The translations under genes and the position numbers were made by a program. 64,000 nucleotides of DNA from Candidatus Nomurabacteria bacterium RIFCSPHIGHO2_01_FULL_37_25 (GTDB taxonomy: Bacteria; Patescibacteriota; Minisyncoccia; Phycocordibacterales; UBA9973). This document shows, piece after piece, positions 49,252 to 58,657 of this stretch. The notes beneath the pieces were generated by a model. That model did no database searches. It was not told where the DNA came from and saw nothing but the letters and a program-made list of their open reading frames with translations. The stretch is from contig MFTH01000008.1 in the NCBI GenBank assembly GCA_001786765.1, forward strand, positions 2,939-66,938, in the 5' to 3' direction. Each line of letters opens with the position of its first letter. Position 1 is the first letter of the stretch.

Positions 49252-49335
49252 AAAATATATTTATGATCAAATTGATTAAAATATTAATAGTAATTAAGGG
49301 TACGGAAATCTAAAGATTTCCTATCTCTAACGGGA
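49216..49335. mobile_element. palindromic element E8 (type B) upstream of the beta-CASP gene
   Basis: TIRs identical to E3/E7; ATGGA/ATGGA flanks. Confidence 0.75.
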
Positions 49336-50699
49336 TGGAAAAAATTGCCAAAATAACATTTTGTGGAGGAACTGGCTCTGTGACTGGAGCTAATTTTCTT
49401 TTGGAGGTAGATGGAAAGAAAATTTTGGTTGATTGCGGACTTATTCAGGGAACAAAATTAGCGGACGATATAAATTGGGATCCTTTTCCTTATGATTCAA
49501 GGGAAATAGATATTCTTTTTGTTACTCATGCGCATGTTGACCATTTGGGCCGTATTCCGAAACTTATTAATGAAGGATTTCATGGGAAAATATATTCCAC
49601 AGAACCTACTCGCGCATTGGCTTTTCCAATGCTTGAGGATACTGCAGGTATTTTATCTAAAAATGCAGAACTTCATTTGGATAAAATTTATACACCAGAA
49701 AGTATAAAATTAGCGCTCTCATTTTGGCAAGGATTTAAATATCACGATACAATAAAAATTACTCCAAATTTAGAAGTATCTTTTTTAGATGCTGGGCATA
49801 TATTAGGTTCAGCCATGATTAGATTCGTGTTCAATGGCAAGGTCATTCTTTTCACTGGAGACTTAGGCAATTCACCTTCACCGCTTCTTCCTGATACTGA
49901 AAGAGTTATTGATGCTGATTATTTAATTATGGAGTCCGTCTATGGTGATAGAAATCATGAGTCCAGAGATGATCGCAGGAAATTTCTGGAAGAAACAATA
50001 GAGGATAATTATAAAAGAAAAGGAACACTTATCATACCGACTTTTTCGCTAGAACGTTCCCAAGAGCTCCTCTTTGAGCTCAATGCTTTAGTAGAAAACA
50101 ATCGTATTCCCGTAATGCCTATTTTCCTCGACTCTCCTTTGGCTATTCGTTTAACTGAAGTTTTCAAACAATTTAGAAATTATTTTAATGAAACAGCTCA
50201 AAAAGCGATGTCGCATGATAAATATTTGTTTGATTTTCCTGGATTGCATAATACTTTAAAGTCTGAAGAGTCCCGAATGATAGGTAATGTGCCAAATCCT
50301 AAAATAGTTATCGCTGGAAGCGGAATGTCTACGGGCGGGCGTGTAGTGCACCATGAAAGGCATTATTTGCCAGACCCAAACAACACTCTACTTCTTACTG
50401 GATATCAAACTGCAGGCAGTCTCGGGCGCTTGATTCAAGAAGGAGTTAAGACAGTGCGTATAACGAATGAAGACGTGGTAGTTCGAGCGCATATTGTTAC
50501 AATTACAGGATACTCAGGGCATAAAGATTGTTACGGGCTGCTCGCTTTTGTGGAAGATATGAGAGATACAATTAAAAAAGTTTTTGTAGTTATGGGTGAA
50601 CCAAAGTCAGCAATGTTTCTAACACAGAAACTTAGGGATAATTTAGGCATTGACGCATCGGCTCCGGAGCGGGGGGATAGTGTAACACTAGTTTGCTAA
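49335..50699 (+). CDS. MBL-fold beta-CASP ribonuclease (RNase J/CPSF-like)
   Basis: HAHVDHLG motif, beta-CASP region. Confidence 0.65.
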   Translation: MEKIAKITFCGGTGSVTGANFLLEVDGKKILVDCGLIQGTKLADDINWDPFPYDSREIDILFVTHAHVDHLGRIPKLINEGFHGKIYSTEPTRALAFPMLEDTAGILSKNAELHLDKIYTPESIKLALSFWQGFKYHDTIKITPNLEVSFLDAGHILGSAMIRFVFNGKVILFTGDLGNSPSPLLPDTERVIDADYLIMESVYGDRNHESRDDRRKFLEETIEDNYKRKGTLIIPTFSLERSQELLFELNALVENNRIPVMPIFLDSPLAIRLTEVFKQFRNYFNETAQKAMSHDKYLFDFPGLHNTLKSEESRMIGNVPNPKIVIAGSGMSTGGRVVHHERHYLPDPNNTLLLTGYQTAGSLGRLIQEGVKTVRITNEDVVVRAHIVTITGYSGHKDCYGLLAFVEDMRDTIKKVFVVMGEPKSAMFLTQKLRDNLGIDASAPERGDSVTLVC

Positions 50700-50716
50700 T
50701 ATGTTATACTAATATT

Positions 50717-51340
50717 ATGGATTCTTCATTAAATTTTCCAAACAAACATGGACACAGCCAGATAAAGATTTGCGTTTCAGGCGCGGCTGAGACTGGTCAT
50801 TGCGGGATAGATGCATTAGAAAAAGCAAAAGAACTAGGACGTGAAATTGCTCGGCAAGGAACAGTGCTCGTCACAGGAGCAACCACTGGATTCCCACTTT
50901 GGGTGGCGATGGGATTCAAAGAAATAGGTGGAATGTCCATCGGCTTTTCTCCAGCGGCGTCTGAGAAGGAACATGTTGAAGTTTATAAACTTCCGCTTGA
51001 TTATATGGATTTGATGATTTACACTGGTTTCGGTTATCCTGGACGCGATCTGCTACTGACTCGTTCTGCTGATGCTGTGATATGCGGTTGTGGGCGTATC
51101 GGCACTATCCACGAATTCACTGTTGCATTTGAAGATGGGAAGCCAATCGGTATTTTTGAAGGACCATGGGAAATGGGAGATCAAATTAAAGAGATTGTGC
51201 AAAAAAGTCATCGTCTCAATGCGAAAATTGTTACGAGCGATGACCCTAAGAAACTTGTGGAAGATATTATTGTTTTAGTTAAGAAAGATAAAATAAAAGA
51301 ATACAAAATTACAAAAGATTCTGTTTCGGATCCAAATTAA
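50717..51340 (+). CDS. TIGR00725/SLOG (LOG-like Rossmann) family protein
   Basis: ICVSGAAETGH...LVTGATTG pattern. Confidence 0.45.
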   Translation: MDSSLNFPNKHGHSQIKICVSGAAETGHCGIDALEKAKELGREIARQGTVLVTGATTGFPLWVAMGFKEIGGMSIGFSPAASEKEHVEVYKLPLDYMDLMIYTGFGYPGRDLLLTRSADAVICGCGRIGTIHEFTVAFEDGKPIGIFEGPWEMGDQIKEIVQKSHRLNAKIVTSDDPKKLVEDIIVLVKKDKIKEYKITKDSVSDPN

Positions 51341-51355
51341 GAAACAATTTGAATT

Positions 51356-51700
51356 TTATTTAACACTTTCTAAAATTCTAGCAAAAGTGGCAGGATGATG
51401 TTCGGCGAAGTCGGCGAGAATTTTACGGTCAAGTAAGATTTTTTTCTTTGTTAATTTGTCAATCAATTTCGAATAAGTCATTCCGAGCTCGCGGGCGCCG
51501 GCGTTTATCTTAATATTCCAAAGTTTTCTATTGTGCGACTTCTTGTCTTTCCTATGCGCGAAAGCATAATTTCCAGCATGTAAAAGAGCTTCTTTTGCTT
51601 GGCGTTCTTTGGTGCTTCGTCCATGACGAAAGCCTTTAGTTTGTTTTAAGATACTTCTGCGTCTTTTTAATGCGTGTACTCCTTTTTTTACTCTGGTCAT
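51356..51700 (-). CDS. rplT: 50S ribosomal protein L20
   Basis: L20 signature. Confidence 0.9.
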   Translation of the reverse strand: MTRVKKGVHALKRRRSILKQTKGFRHGRSTKERQAKEALLHAGNYAFAHRKDKKSHNRKLWNIKINAGARELGMTYSKLIDKLTKKKILLDRKILADFAEHHPATFARILESVK

Positions 51701-51732
51701 ATTAGTAGTTAAGTTATAAAGTTTATAAAGTC

Positions 51733-51927
51733 TTAAGAAAAGGGAAGCAAGTGGCTTTTTGGTTTGTTTTTAATAACAAAACTTTGACTATTTTTGCCGG
51801 CGAGTTGTTTAGCGCGCGACTGTTTTGCATTAAAATGATTAAATCCCGGCTTGCGAGAAATTATTTTTCCGTTTTTCGTGACTTTCAGTCTCTTGGAATA
51901 CGATTTATTTGTTTTCATTCCTTTCAT
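51733..51927 (-). CDS. rpmI: 50S ribosomal protein L35
   Basis: 64 aa, basic, conserved position. Confidence 0.8.
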   Translation of the reverse strand: MKGMKTNKSYSKRLKVTKNGKIISRKPGFNHFNAKQSRAKQLAGKNSQSFVIKNKPKSHLLPFS

Positions 51928-52430
51928 TTTGCTTTTTCTATTGTTGTTGTTAAACCTTTTGGGCCTTTTTTATAAGCATCGGATATTTTGTAATTTTCTG
52001 TAATCAAGTGCAATACTCTGTCTAAACGTTCTCTTAAAAATTTTTCATCCATATACTTCGCGCGTCCGGCAAGGAAAAGTTCAACTTTGACTCTGTGTCC
52101 TTCTTTTATCCACTTTGAAGCAGTTTTCGCTTTTAATTCCAAATCATGATCTCCGGTTCCTATCTTTATTTGAATTCCTTTCGTTTCTGTTTTGTTTGCG
52201 CCAGCTTTAGATTTTTTCAATTTTTTGTTGGCTTCGTATTGATATTTGCCAAAATCCATTATTTTCGCTAATGGGGGATTAGAATTTGGAGATATTTCAA
52301 TTAAGTCCAAGCCTTTACTTTGCGCTAATTCCAATGCGTTTTTTATGCTCAAAACACCTAGATTTTTGTTTTCACTGTCTAGAACCCGAAGTTCTGTCGC
52401 TCGTATTTGATTGTTTATTCTTTCTCGCAA
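51924..52430 (-). CDS. infC: translation initiation factor IF-3
   Basis: IF3 N and C domains; true start may be a non-ATG codon. Confidence 0.85.
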   Translation of the reverse strand: MRERINNQIRATELRVLDSENKNLGVLSIKNALELAQSKGLDLIEISPNSNPPLAKIMDFGKYQYEANKKLKKSKAGANKTETKGIQIKIGTGDHDLELKAKTASKWIKEGHRVKVELFLAGRAKYMDEKFLRERLDRVLHLITENYKISDAYKKGPKGLTTTIEKAK

Positions 52431-52523
52431 GTATTAATGTAAAGTAAATTTTAACTACTTAAATATAGCTTACTTAGAACTTAAAGTCAATGTGTGGTGG
52501 GGAACACTGTTATTTGTATTTTT

Positions 52524-54248
52524 CTAATATACTTCTTGCTGATAACATCGCTCGCAGTAAATTATCGGAGCATAGTTTTCATCATAGACTGTTTCTACTT
52601 CTGTTTTACATTTAGAACAAAAGCGTTTGATAGCGCGAAGCGGTGGGCGTTTTTCGAGTCGTCGCTTGTGTCTGATGTTAAAGCAAACTCTCGGAAGAGG
52701 TAAATCCATTCGGCGATAAAAAGTGAGTTCATTTTGAGTTATTCGATAGGCTCCCGTTGAATACTGGCTATCTTTCTCCGCGCATTCAATAATTTCACCT
52801 AAAATAGAATCATCGACTTCTTGGATAGTCTCGGGCAATTCTCCGCTTCGTTTGGTTGTCTTATAATTTCTTTTTTCTTTATCTTTCCATCTGTACCCTT
52901 TTGCGAGCGCTTCCTCTTTAGAAATTGGATATAAATATATGACGGAAGTTTCATTATAGGCAAAAGCTGAGAGCTCATCAGGGAAATGTTCTCCGAATCT
53001 GTATTCTATTCCTCTATTATCTACGAAAGGCATATCGTTCATGTGTTTTATAATTTTTGGCACTAACTCCTCGTATTCTTCTTTGCTGTATTTTTTATTC
53101 AAAATTGAGTACTGACCTTTCTTTAACCCAATACACCCAAAACAATAGCTTGAACTAGGACATGAATCACAATATAAAAGATCGTGCGCGCTCATCCAAC
53201 ATTGTGTAGAAAAAGATATTCGAGAAGAATTAATACCGACATTTAATGAATCATATATTAACTCTGAATTATTTCCCCATTGATAATAATCCATACAATC
53301 TTGCGCATCAAAAACTCCCAAAAGATATTTTCCATCTTTTACATTTCGACATTCAAAAGATTGAGTCACATTTTTACAATTCAAAAACCAATCACCAGAA
53401 ACATTTTCAGATTTTATAGACATTATTGCCCGTTTCGGGAATTTTTTTCTGAATTTGGTAAATTCTATTTCCATCGCTTTTATTCCAGTAAAAGTATTTA
53501 ATTTTAATTCTTTTAATTTCTCAAGATATTCTTCTTTTGTGTATTTTTTATTGAAAATAAAATATTCTTTGTTAACTAAATTCACACAACCAACGCAGTT
53601 AGAACAATTACGGCAAGCGTACAAAAACATGCTATCTCTACACTCTATGCTGTCTTTTGAGAATTTTGTTTTATAACATTTATTACAATCTATGCATTCA
53701 TAACATAAATCGCATTGAGATATATTATAACAATCTACACAGTCCGTTAAGTTAGTCGCATTGTAAATATACATAGAATCAAGACTATTACTGGCTCGAA
53801 AAACCATGTAAGAATTCTTCATATTATGAACACGATGCGTGTATTCGCTGTTTATTGAAAATCCTTGTCTGACCAAAGCCATTTTAGGAACTTTGTTTCT
53901 TAACTCTAAGAATTGTTGGAAAAATGGTTTAGAAAAATCATAATCCATGCCGTATTGATACGGGTCCCATTCATCGGAATACCATTTAGAAGTTTCATAT
54001 ACCGGGAAAGGCGCATCTTTGTCATACATGCTAAAAATCTGTTCCCCGGTAAAATCACATTTACGTTTATAAAGCGCTAACTCATTCGCGCTAACTAATC
54101 GTCTAATAAGTCTGCATTCCGGGCACCACGTCGGTGGTGGAACTTTTATTTTTTCGTAAAACAAAAAATCGTCAGGTTCAATCGAAAAATCCTTTTTACA
54201 ATTTTGACAGGTTCGCGTTGTGTTTGTTAAATGTGTTTTCTGTTTCAC
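52524..54248 (-). CDS. Cys-rich protein with internal tandem duplication (multiple CxxC clusters, zinc-ribbon ends)
   Basis: 574 aa; two ~200-aa repeats each ending ...C.GC.....YxIxNKKYxKEEY; terminal CxxC...CxxC. Confidence 0.4.
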   Translation of the reverse strand: MKQKTHLTNTTRTCQNCKKDFSIEPDDFLFYEKIKVPPPTWCPECRLIRRLVSANELALYKRKCDFTGEQIFSMYDKDAPFPVYETSKWYSDEWDPYQYGMDYDFSKPFFQQFLELRNKVPKMALVRQGFSINSEYTHRVHNMKNSYMVFRASNSLDSMYIYNATNLTDCVDCYNISQCDLCYECIDCNKCYKTKFSKDSIECRDSMFLYACRNCSNCVGCVNLVNKEYFIFNKKYTKEEYLEKLKELKLNTFTGIKAMEIEFTKFRKKFPKRAIMSIKSENVSGDWFLNCKNVTQSFECRNVKDGKYLLGVFDAQDCMDYYQWGNNSELIYDSLNVGINSSRISFSTQCWMSAHDLLYCDSCPSSSYCFGCIGLKKGQYSILNKKYSKEEYEELVPKIIKHMNDMPFVDNRGIEYRFGEHFPDELSAFAYNETSVIYLYPISKEEALAKGYRWKDKEKRNYKTTKRSGELPETIQEVDDSILGEIIECAEKDSQYSTGAYRITQNELTFYRRMDLPLPRVCFNIRHKRRLEKRPPLRAIKRFCSKCKTEVETVYDENYAPIIYCERCYQQEVY

Positions 54249-54401
54249 AGAATTATTCTAAGTAAAAATTTATAATGAATCAAAATTAAAGTCTTTTAAT
54301 AAGCTTACCTATTATTTTTCATAAAGAAAAAATTCTATATACTCTAGTCCGTGTAAAGTTTCAGTTCTAATAGGCCAATCTGATCCGGGATCAACTAGAG
54401 G

Positions 54402-55202
54402 TTAATTAATATGTTTTTGATTTTTTTCATTTACTCCTAAATTTATTACTCCAACAATATTTGGTCCCAATTTTATTCTTGGAGTTTCTCCTATCTCAAA
54501 GTTTGCGTTTACTCCTTTTGGTATTGGTTGTAACAAACCCAATAAATTTTCTCTAGTGCTTTTTGTGTTGTCTTTTTTGATTGGTTCTGATGTGTGAGGA
54601 ATATAAAGTTTTTCAGGTTTGAGACGGACAACAATACACAGACCTTTATCCGAACCCTTTCCTGTTGTAGTAAATTTATCTTCTTCATTATAGCCACCTA
54701 AAAACCAATCTTCACCTTCCACTCCATCAACAACAAATTCACCAGATTTAACTTTATTTAGAAGTTCTGCACCTCTTAATCTTTTGCTGTCATTAGCCCA
54801 GAAAAATCTCATAACATTCCCGCTAACTTCCACTGGCCTCTGTCCATAATTTTTTAGATCTACAGGTATCAATGTATTTTTACTACTATTTATATCCTTC
54901 AACATATCATCAGAAACATTGCTGTTGTGAAAACTTATTTCTACCCCAGTTTGCGCAAAAAAACTTCTTACAGACCAGCTCAAAGAGCCTAAACCTCCTT
55001 TAGTGATATCTATTGCGGGAAAATCTTTTTTATTTACAATAATATTAACACCTTGAGTTAATTGGTTCGGATTTATAATCACAGGTTTTTCTATTGCTAT
55101 ATCAGGACCAATCCAAATATTACCGAGCTTTTCTAATTGCTCAACTGATTTTTCACGTTCAGATAGTTGTTTTAAGTTTTCTGGGGTAAATGAGCCTAGC
55201 AT
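54402..55202 (-). CDS. hypothetical; weak resemblance to dCTP deaminase/dUTPase beta-barrel superfamily
   Basis: 266 aa; C-terminal third loosely alignable to Dcd (LGLL...IKLGPNIVGVINL); low confidence. Confidence 0.25.
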   Translation of the reverse strand: MLGSFTPENLKQLSEREKSVEQLEKLGNIWIGPDIAIEKPVIINPNQLTQGVNIIVNKKDFPAIDITKGGLGSLSWSVRSFFAQTGVEISFHNSNVSDDMLKDINSSKNTLIPVDLKNYGQRPVEVSGNVMRFFWANDSKRLRGAELLNKVKSGEFVVDGVEGEDWFLGGYNEEDKFTTTGKGSDKGLCIVVRLKPEKLYIPHTSEPIKKDNTKSTRENLLGLLQPIPKGVNANFEIGETPRIKLGPNIVGVINLGVNEKNQKHIN

Positions 55203-55309
55203 TTTTATTTTTTAATATATAAACGTAATACATTTGAATTATAACAGTCTTGCGTCGCTAAGGCTATGCAGGACTTACTGCTTATTTTTGTACCAAAAAT
55301 CAAAAAGCT

Positions 55310-55342
55310 CTCTTTTGAAAAGAGAGCTTTTTACGCTAAATT
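55310..55342. terminator. bidirectional terminator downstream of ssrA
   Basis: AAAAAGCTCTCTTTTGAAAAGAGAGCTTTTT. Confidence 0.6.
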
Positions 55343-55377
55343 TCTTGTGCTAGCACTGCGAAGCTTTAGCGAAGCAG

Positions 55378-55771
55378 TGGAGATGGGGGGAAATGAGCCC
55401 CCGTGCAGAAGGTTTTTGTCAAGAAGTCTACATACATAGCGCGTTTTTTGTTTTAAATTAAAAAATTCAGAAACGCGCGAAATATTTTTTAATCGAGCTT
55501 CTGTGTTTCGCCCCGACGGCGAAGCTGTGTCGGGACTATCCCGATAATATTATGCCTCTACTCATATATCGGAAGTCTATGAGAGAGACACGAGTTACGC
55601 GTAAGCGGAAACTCGAGCGAAAGCGAAGTCATTCATACTGAAGTATGGAGAGACTGCTTTCACCTTAGAAGCTAATTTTGCAATTAACATTTGAACGAAG
55701 TTTTACGAGATTACGTTCATGCTCGGTATGCGTCAATAACAAATGGCCTACTGTCTATGCCTTGCATCCCC
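55378..55771 (-). ncRNA. ssrA: tmRNA (ssrA), CCA not encoded
   Basis: minus strand: 5' GGGGATGCAAGGCATAGACAG pairs with 3' ...GGGGG-CTCATTT-CCCCCC-ATCTCCA, same acceptor pattern as B. subtilis tmRNA (GGGGACG/CGTCTCC); ~394 nt; next to smpB. Confidence 0.6.
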
Positions 55772-55786
55772 ATTTTATAAAAAATG

Positions 55787-55886
55787 TTGGAACATAACTT
55801 TTTCCGGTACGGATTTTTTGAAGCTTAAAAAATCCTGAAGTTCTCGGCTCGTCAGCCTCGAAACCCCTGCAAAAGTTATGTTCCAA
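55787..55886. repeat. copy 2 of ~95-nt structured repeat, closed by 16-bp inverted repeat TTGGAACATAACTTTT/AAAAGTTATGTTCCAA
   Basis: core identical to 20394-20430; lies between the smpB 3' end and the ssrA 5' end. Confidence 0.7.
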
Positions 55887-55897
55887 TATTTTTTTTG

Positions 55898-56344
55898 TCA
55901 ACGTTCTTTGTATTCTCTTCTTATTTCACGAAGAGTATCACGCTTTTTTAAAGTTTCACGTTTATCGTATTTTTTCTTACCCTTAACTAAAGCTATCTCT
56001 ATTTTGATTTTTCTGTTTTTATTATACACTGAAATCGGCACAATTGTCAAACTCTTGTTTTTCTCACTGCCGGCGAGTTCAAAGATTTCTTTTTTAGTTA
56101 GTAAAAGTTTTCTGTTGCGCAGTGGATCATAATCTTTTGGCGTATTTTTGACTTGATATGGCGGTATGTTGGAGTTTATCAAATATGTTTCTCCTCCCCG
56201 AACAGTAACAAAAGCTCCTTCGAGAGACATTTTTCCCCCTCTTATAGATTTTACCTCCACGCCCAAAAGCTCAATACCTGCTTCGTACTTCTCCAAGATT
56301 TCATAATTAAAATACACTTTTCTATTTTCCGCATAATGGGGCAT
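55898..56344 (-). CDS. smpB: SsrA-binding protein
   Basis: SmpB signature. Confidence 0.9.
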   Translation of the reverse strand: MPHYAENRKVYFNYEILEKYEAGIELLGVEVKSIRGGKMSLEGAFVTVRGGETYLINSNIPPYQVKNTPKDYDPLRNRKLLLTKKEIFELAGSEKNKSLTIVPISVYNKNRKIKIEIALVKGKKKYDKRETLKKRDTLREIRREYKER

Positions 56345-56418
56345 AATTTAATCTTAGCATAAATTTCCTCAGTTTTTTCTTGTTGTTTTGTGTTTTTTAT
56401 GGTACTCTCTAAAGATGG

Positions 56419-56697
56419 ATCCCGTTAGAGATTACTTATGTTTTATTACACATACATATTAAAAAGCAAGAAGGACGGTAAAATTTACACGGGACATACG
56501 CAAGATCTACGGAAGCGCCTAAATCAACACAATAAGGGTTTATCGACATATACGAAAGGCAGAGGCCCATTTGTTTTGATATATTACGAAGCGTGTTTAT
56601 TAGAAAGTAAAGCGAGGTCGAGGGAATTATACTTAAAATCGGGAATGGGTAAGCGTTATCTTAAAAGTAGATTGGGCGCTTCCTATCTCTAACGGGA
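56419..56697 (+). mobile_element. full-length palindromic element E9 carrying a GIY-YIG gene (putative autonomous parent of the type B MITEs)
   Basis: 5' arm ATCCCGTTAGAGAT and 3' arm CCTATCTCTAACGGGATG identical to E3/E7/E8; the loop is filled exactly by an 84-aa ORF. Confidence 0.75.
56438..56692 (+). CDS. GIY-YIG nuclease family protein (COG2827-like)
   Basis: YTYILKSKKDGKIYTGHTQDLRKRLNQHN GIY-YIG core; stop codon TAA lies inside the 3' TIR. Confidence 0.7.
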   Translation: MFYYTYILKSKKDGKIYTGHTQDLRKRLNQHNKGLSTYTKGRGPFVLIYYEACLLESKARSRELYLKSGMGKRYLKSRLGASYL

Positions 56698-58616
56698 TGA
56701 ATTTTAATTTTTTGAAGAAAAACAGCTTGCAAAATAAAGACAAAAAGCCAAAAGTGGAAAATACTTTTGGAAGTAGTGTTGCTGGAGCAATATTTATTTT
56801 TATGCTTATCACGGCAGTGTATTTAGTAGTGTCTGACAATGCAGAAATTATCCCAGAGATTCCGATTTCTGATTTAGCAAAAAGTGTTTCCGCTGGAGAA
56901 ATAAAAAAGATTCTTGTTGAAGGTGACAAACTCACTATCACTTTTCAAAATGATAAAATTAAAATTTCTAAAAAAGAAGTTGACGCGTCTTTATCACAGA
57001 CACTTTTTAATTATGGTGTAAGTAGCGAAGCATTAACAAAAACCGAGATAGAAATAAAAAAAGAAAGTGGTTTTGTATTTTTACTTTTAAACATTCTTCC
57101 GTTTTTATTGCCGATAATTTTTATTTTAATTTTCTTTTGGTATCTATCAAGGCAAGTTAAAGGAGCGGGTATGCAAGCGCTTTCTTTTGGTCAGTCCAAA
57201 GCGCGCATCACTGATCCAAATGACAAGAACAATAAAGTCACTTTTAAAGATGTGGCTGGATGTCGCGAGGCAAAAGAAGAATTAAAAGAAATTGTAGATT
57301 TTTTAAAAAGCCCCAAGAAATTTTTAGATATTGGCGCGCGGATTCCCAAAGGCGTTATTTTAACTGGCGCGCCGGGCACAGGAAAAACTTTACTTGCTAG
57401 AGCTGTGGCGGGGGAAGCCAGTGTGCCGTTTTTTCATTTATCTGGAAGTGAGTTTGTGGAGATGTTTGTGGGTGTAGGAGCTTCGCGCGTGCGGGACCTT
57501 TTTAAAATGGCGAAAAAAGCCGCTCCAGCGATAATATTTGTGGATGAAATAGATGCCATCGGGCGGACTCGTGGGGGTGGTTTTGGCGGAGGCAATGATG
57601 AGCGTGAACAAACATTAAATCAAATATTGGTGGAAATGGACGGTTTTGAACCGAATGATAAAGTAATAGTGATGGCGGCGACCAATAGACCGGACGTGCT
57701 TGACCCAGCTCTTATTCGCCCCGGCCGTTTTGATAGAAAAGTATTGCTTGATTTGCCTGATCGCGCTGACCGTGAAGAAATATTAAAAATTCATGCGGTC
57801 AAAAAACCATTAGCGGAAGATATTAATTTGAAGTTAATTGCCGAACGCACTCCCGGATTTTCTGGAGCTGATCTGCATTCCTTAATGAACGAAGGCGCGA
57901 TACTGGCCGCTCGCGAAAATCGCAAGAAAGTTTTCCAATTTGATTTGATTCGCTCTATTGAGAAAGTTATGTTAGGGCCAGAAAGAAAAAGCCATTTGCT
58001 TTCCAAAAAAGAAAAAGAAATTACAGCGTATCATGAAGCAGGGCACGCTTTAGTAGCTTCAGTTTTACCACACGCTGACCCAGTTCATAAAGTTTCTATT
58101 ATCTCTAGAGGAAATGCCGGAGGGTACACTTTGAAATTGCCCCTAGAAGAGAGGCGACTTCAATCTAAAAAAGAATTCATAGATGACATTGCCATGTCTC
58201 TCGGCGGTTATGTGGCAGAACAGATGATATTTGGAGATATCACCACCGGTCCTTCGAGCGACCTTTCAGCAGCGACTAATTTAGCCCGGGCAATGGTTAC
58301 ACGTTTCGGGATGTCAGACATTATTGGGCCTATTGCTTTAGTTGGAGGTGGGGGAAGACCTCAATATGGCGAGCTGATTGAAAAAGAATATTCTGAAGCG
58401 GTCTCTACAAAGGTGGATGCGGAAGTCTCAAGAATGATAGCTGATGGGTTAAAGTCCGCTAGAGATGTTCTGACTGAACATAAAAAAGCGTTCACTGCTA
58501 TTGCCAATAAACTTATTGAAGTGGAAACATTAGAGCAAGAAGAATATGAAAAAATATTAACTGCGCATGGGATAACGCTCAAGAAGAAGGAGATAATAGT
58601 ATCAACCGTTGCTTAA
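56697..58616 (+). CDS. ftsH: ATP-dependent zinc metalloprotease FtsH
   Basis: AAA Walker A/B, SRH, HEAGH zinc motif. Confidence 0.95.
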   Translation: MNFNFLKKNSLQNKDKKPKVENTFGSSVAGAIFIFMLITAVYLVVSDNAEIIPEIPISDLAKSVSAGEIKKILVEGDKLTITFQNDKIKISKKEVDASLSQTLFNYGVSSEALTKTEIEIKKESGFVFLLLNILPFLLPIIFILIFFWYLSRQVKGAGMQALSFGQSKARITDPNDKNNKVTFKDVAGCREAKEELKEIVDFLKSPKKFLDIGARIPKGVILTGAPGTGKTLLARAVAGEASVPFFHLSGSEFVEMFVGVGASRVRDLFKMAKKAAPAIIFVDEIDAIGRTRGGGFGGGNDEREQTLNQILVEMDGFEPNDKVIVMAATNRPDVLDPALIRPGRFDRKVLLDLPDRADREEILKIHAVKKPLAEDINLKLIAERTPGFSGADLHSLMNEGAILAARENRKKVFQFDLIRSIEKVMLGPERKSHLLSKKEKEITAYHEAGHALVASVLPHADPVHKVSIISRGNAGGYTLKLPLEERRLQSKKEFIDDIAMSLGGYVAEQMIFGDITTGPSSDLSAATNLARAMVTRFGMSDIIGPIALVGGGGRPQYGELIEKEYSEAVSTKVDAEVSRMIADGLKSARDVLTEHKKAFTAIANKLIEVETLEQEEYEKILTAHGITLKKKEIIVSTVA

Positions 58617-58657
58617 TCTATTTGTTTTTAGCTCAATAATGAGTTAATATTTTATAA

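Noticed and set aside
54402-55202. Confident call of dCTP deaminase for the 266-aa minus-strand ORF
   Set aside because: Only a loose C-terminal resemblance. No clean dUTPase motifs I-V could be read. Kept as low-confidence hypothetical.
55513-55535. Third copy of the CCCGAC...GTCGGG hairpin as a mobile element
   Set aside because: It lies within the predicted tmRNA body, where GC-rich pseudoknot stems are expected. It has a single hairpin and a different loop, so similarity to the rplC/rpsH copies may be coincidental.
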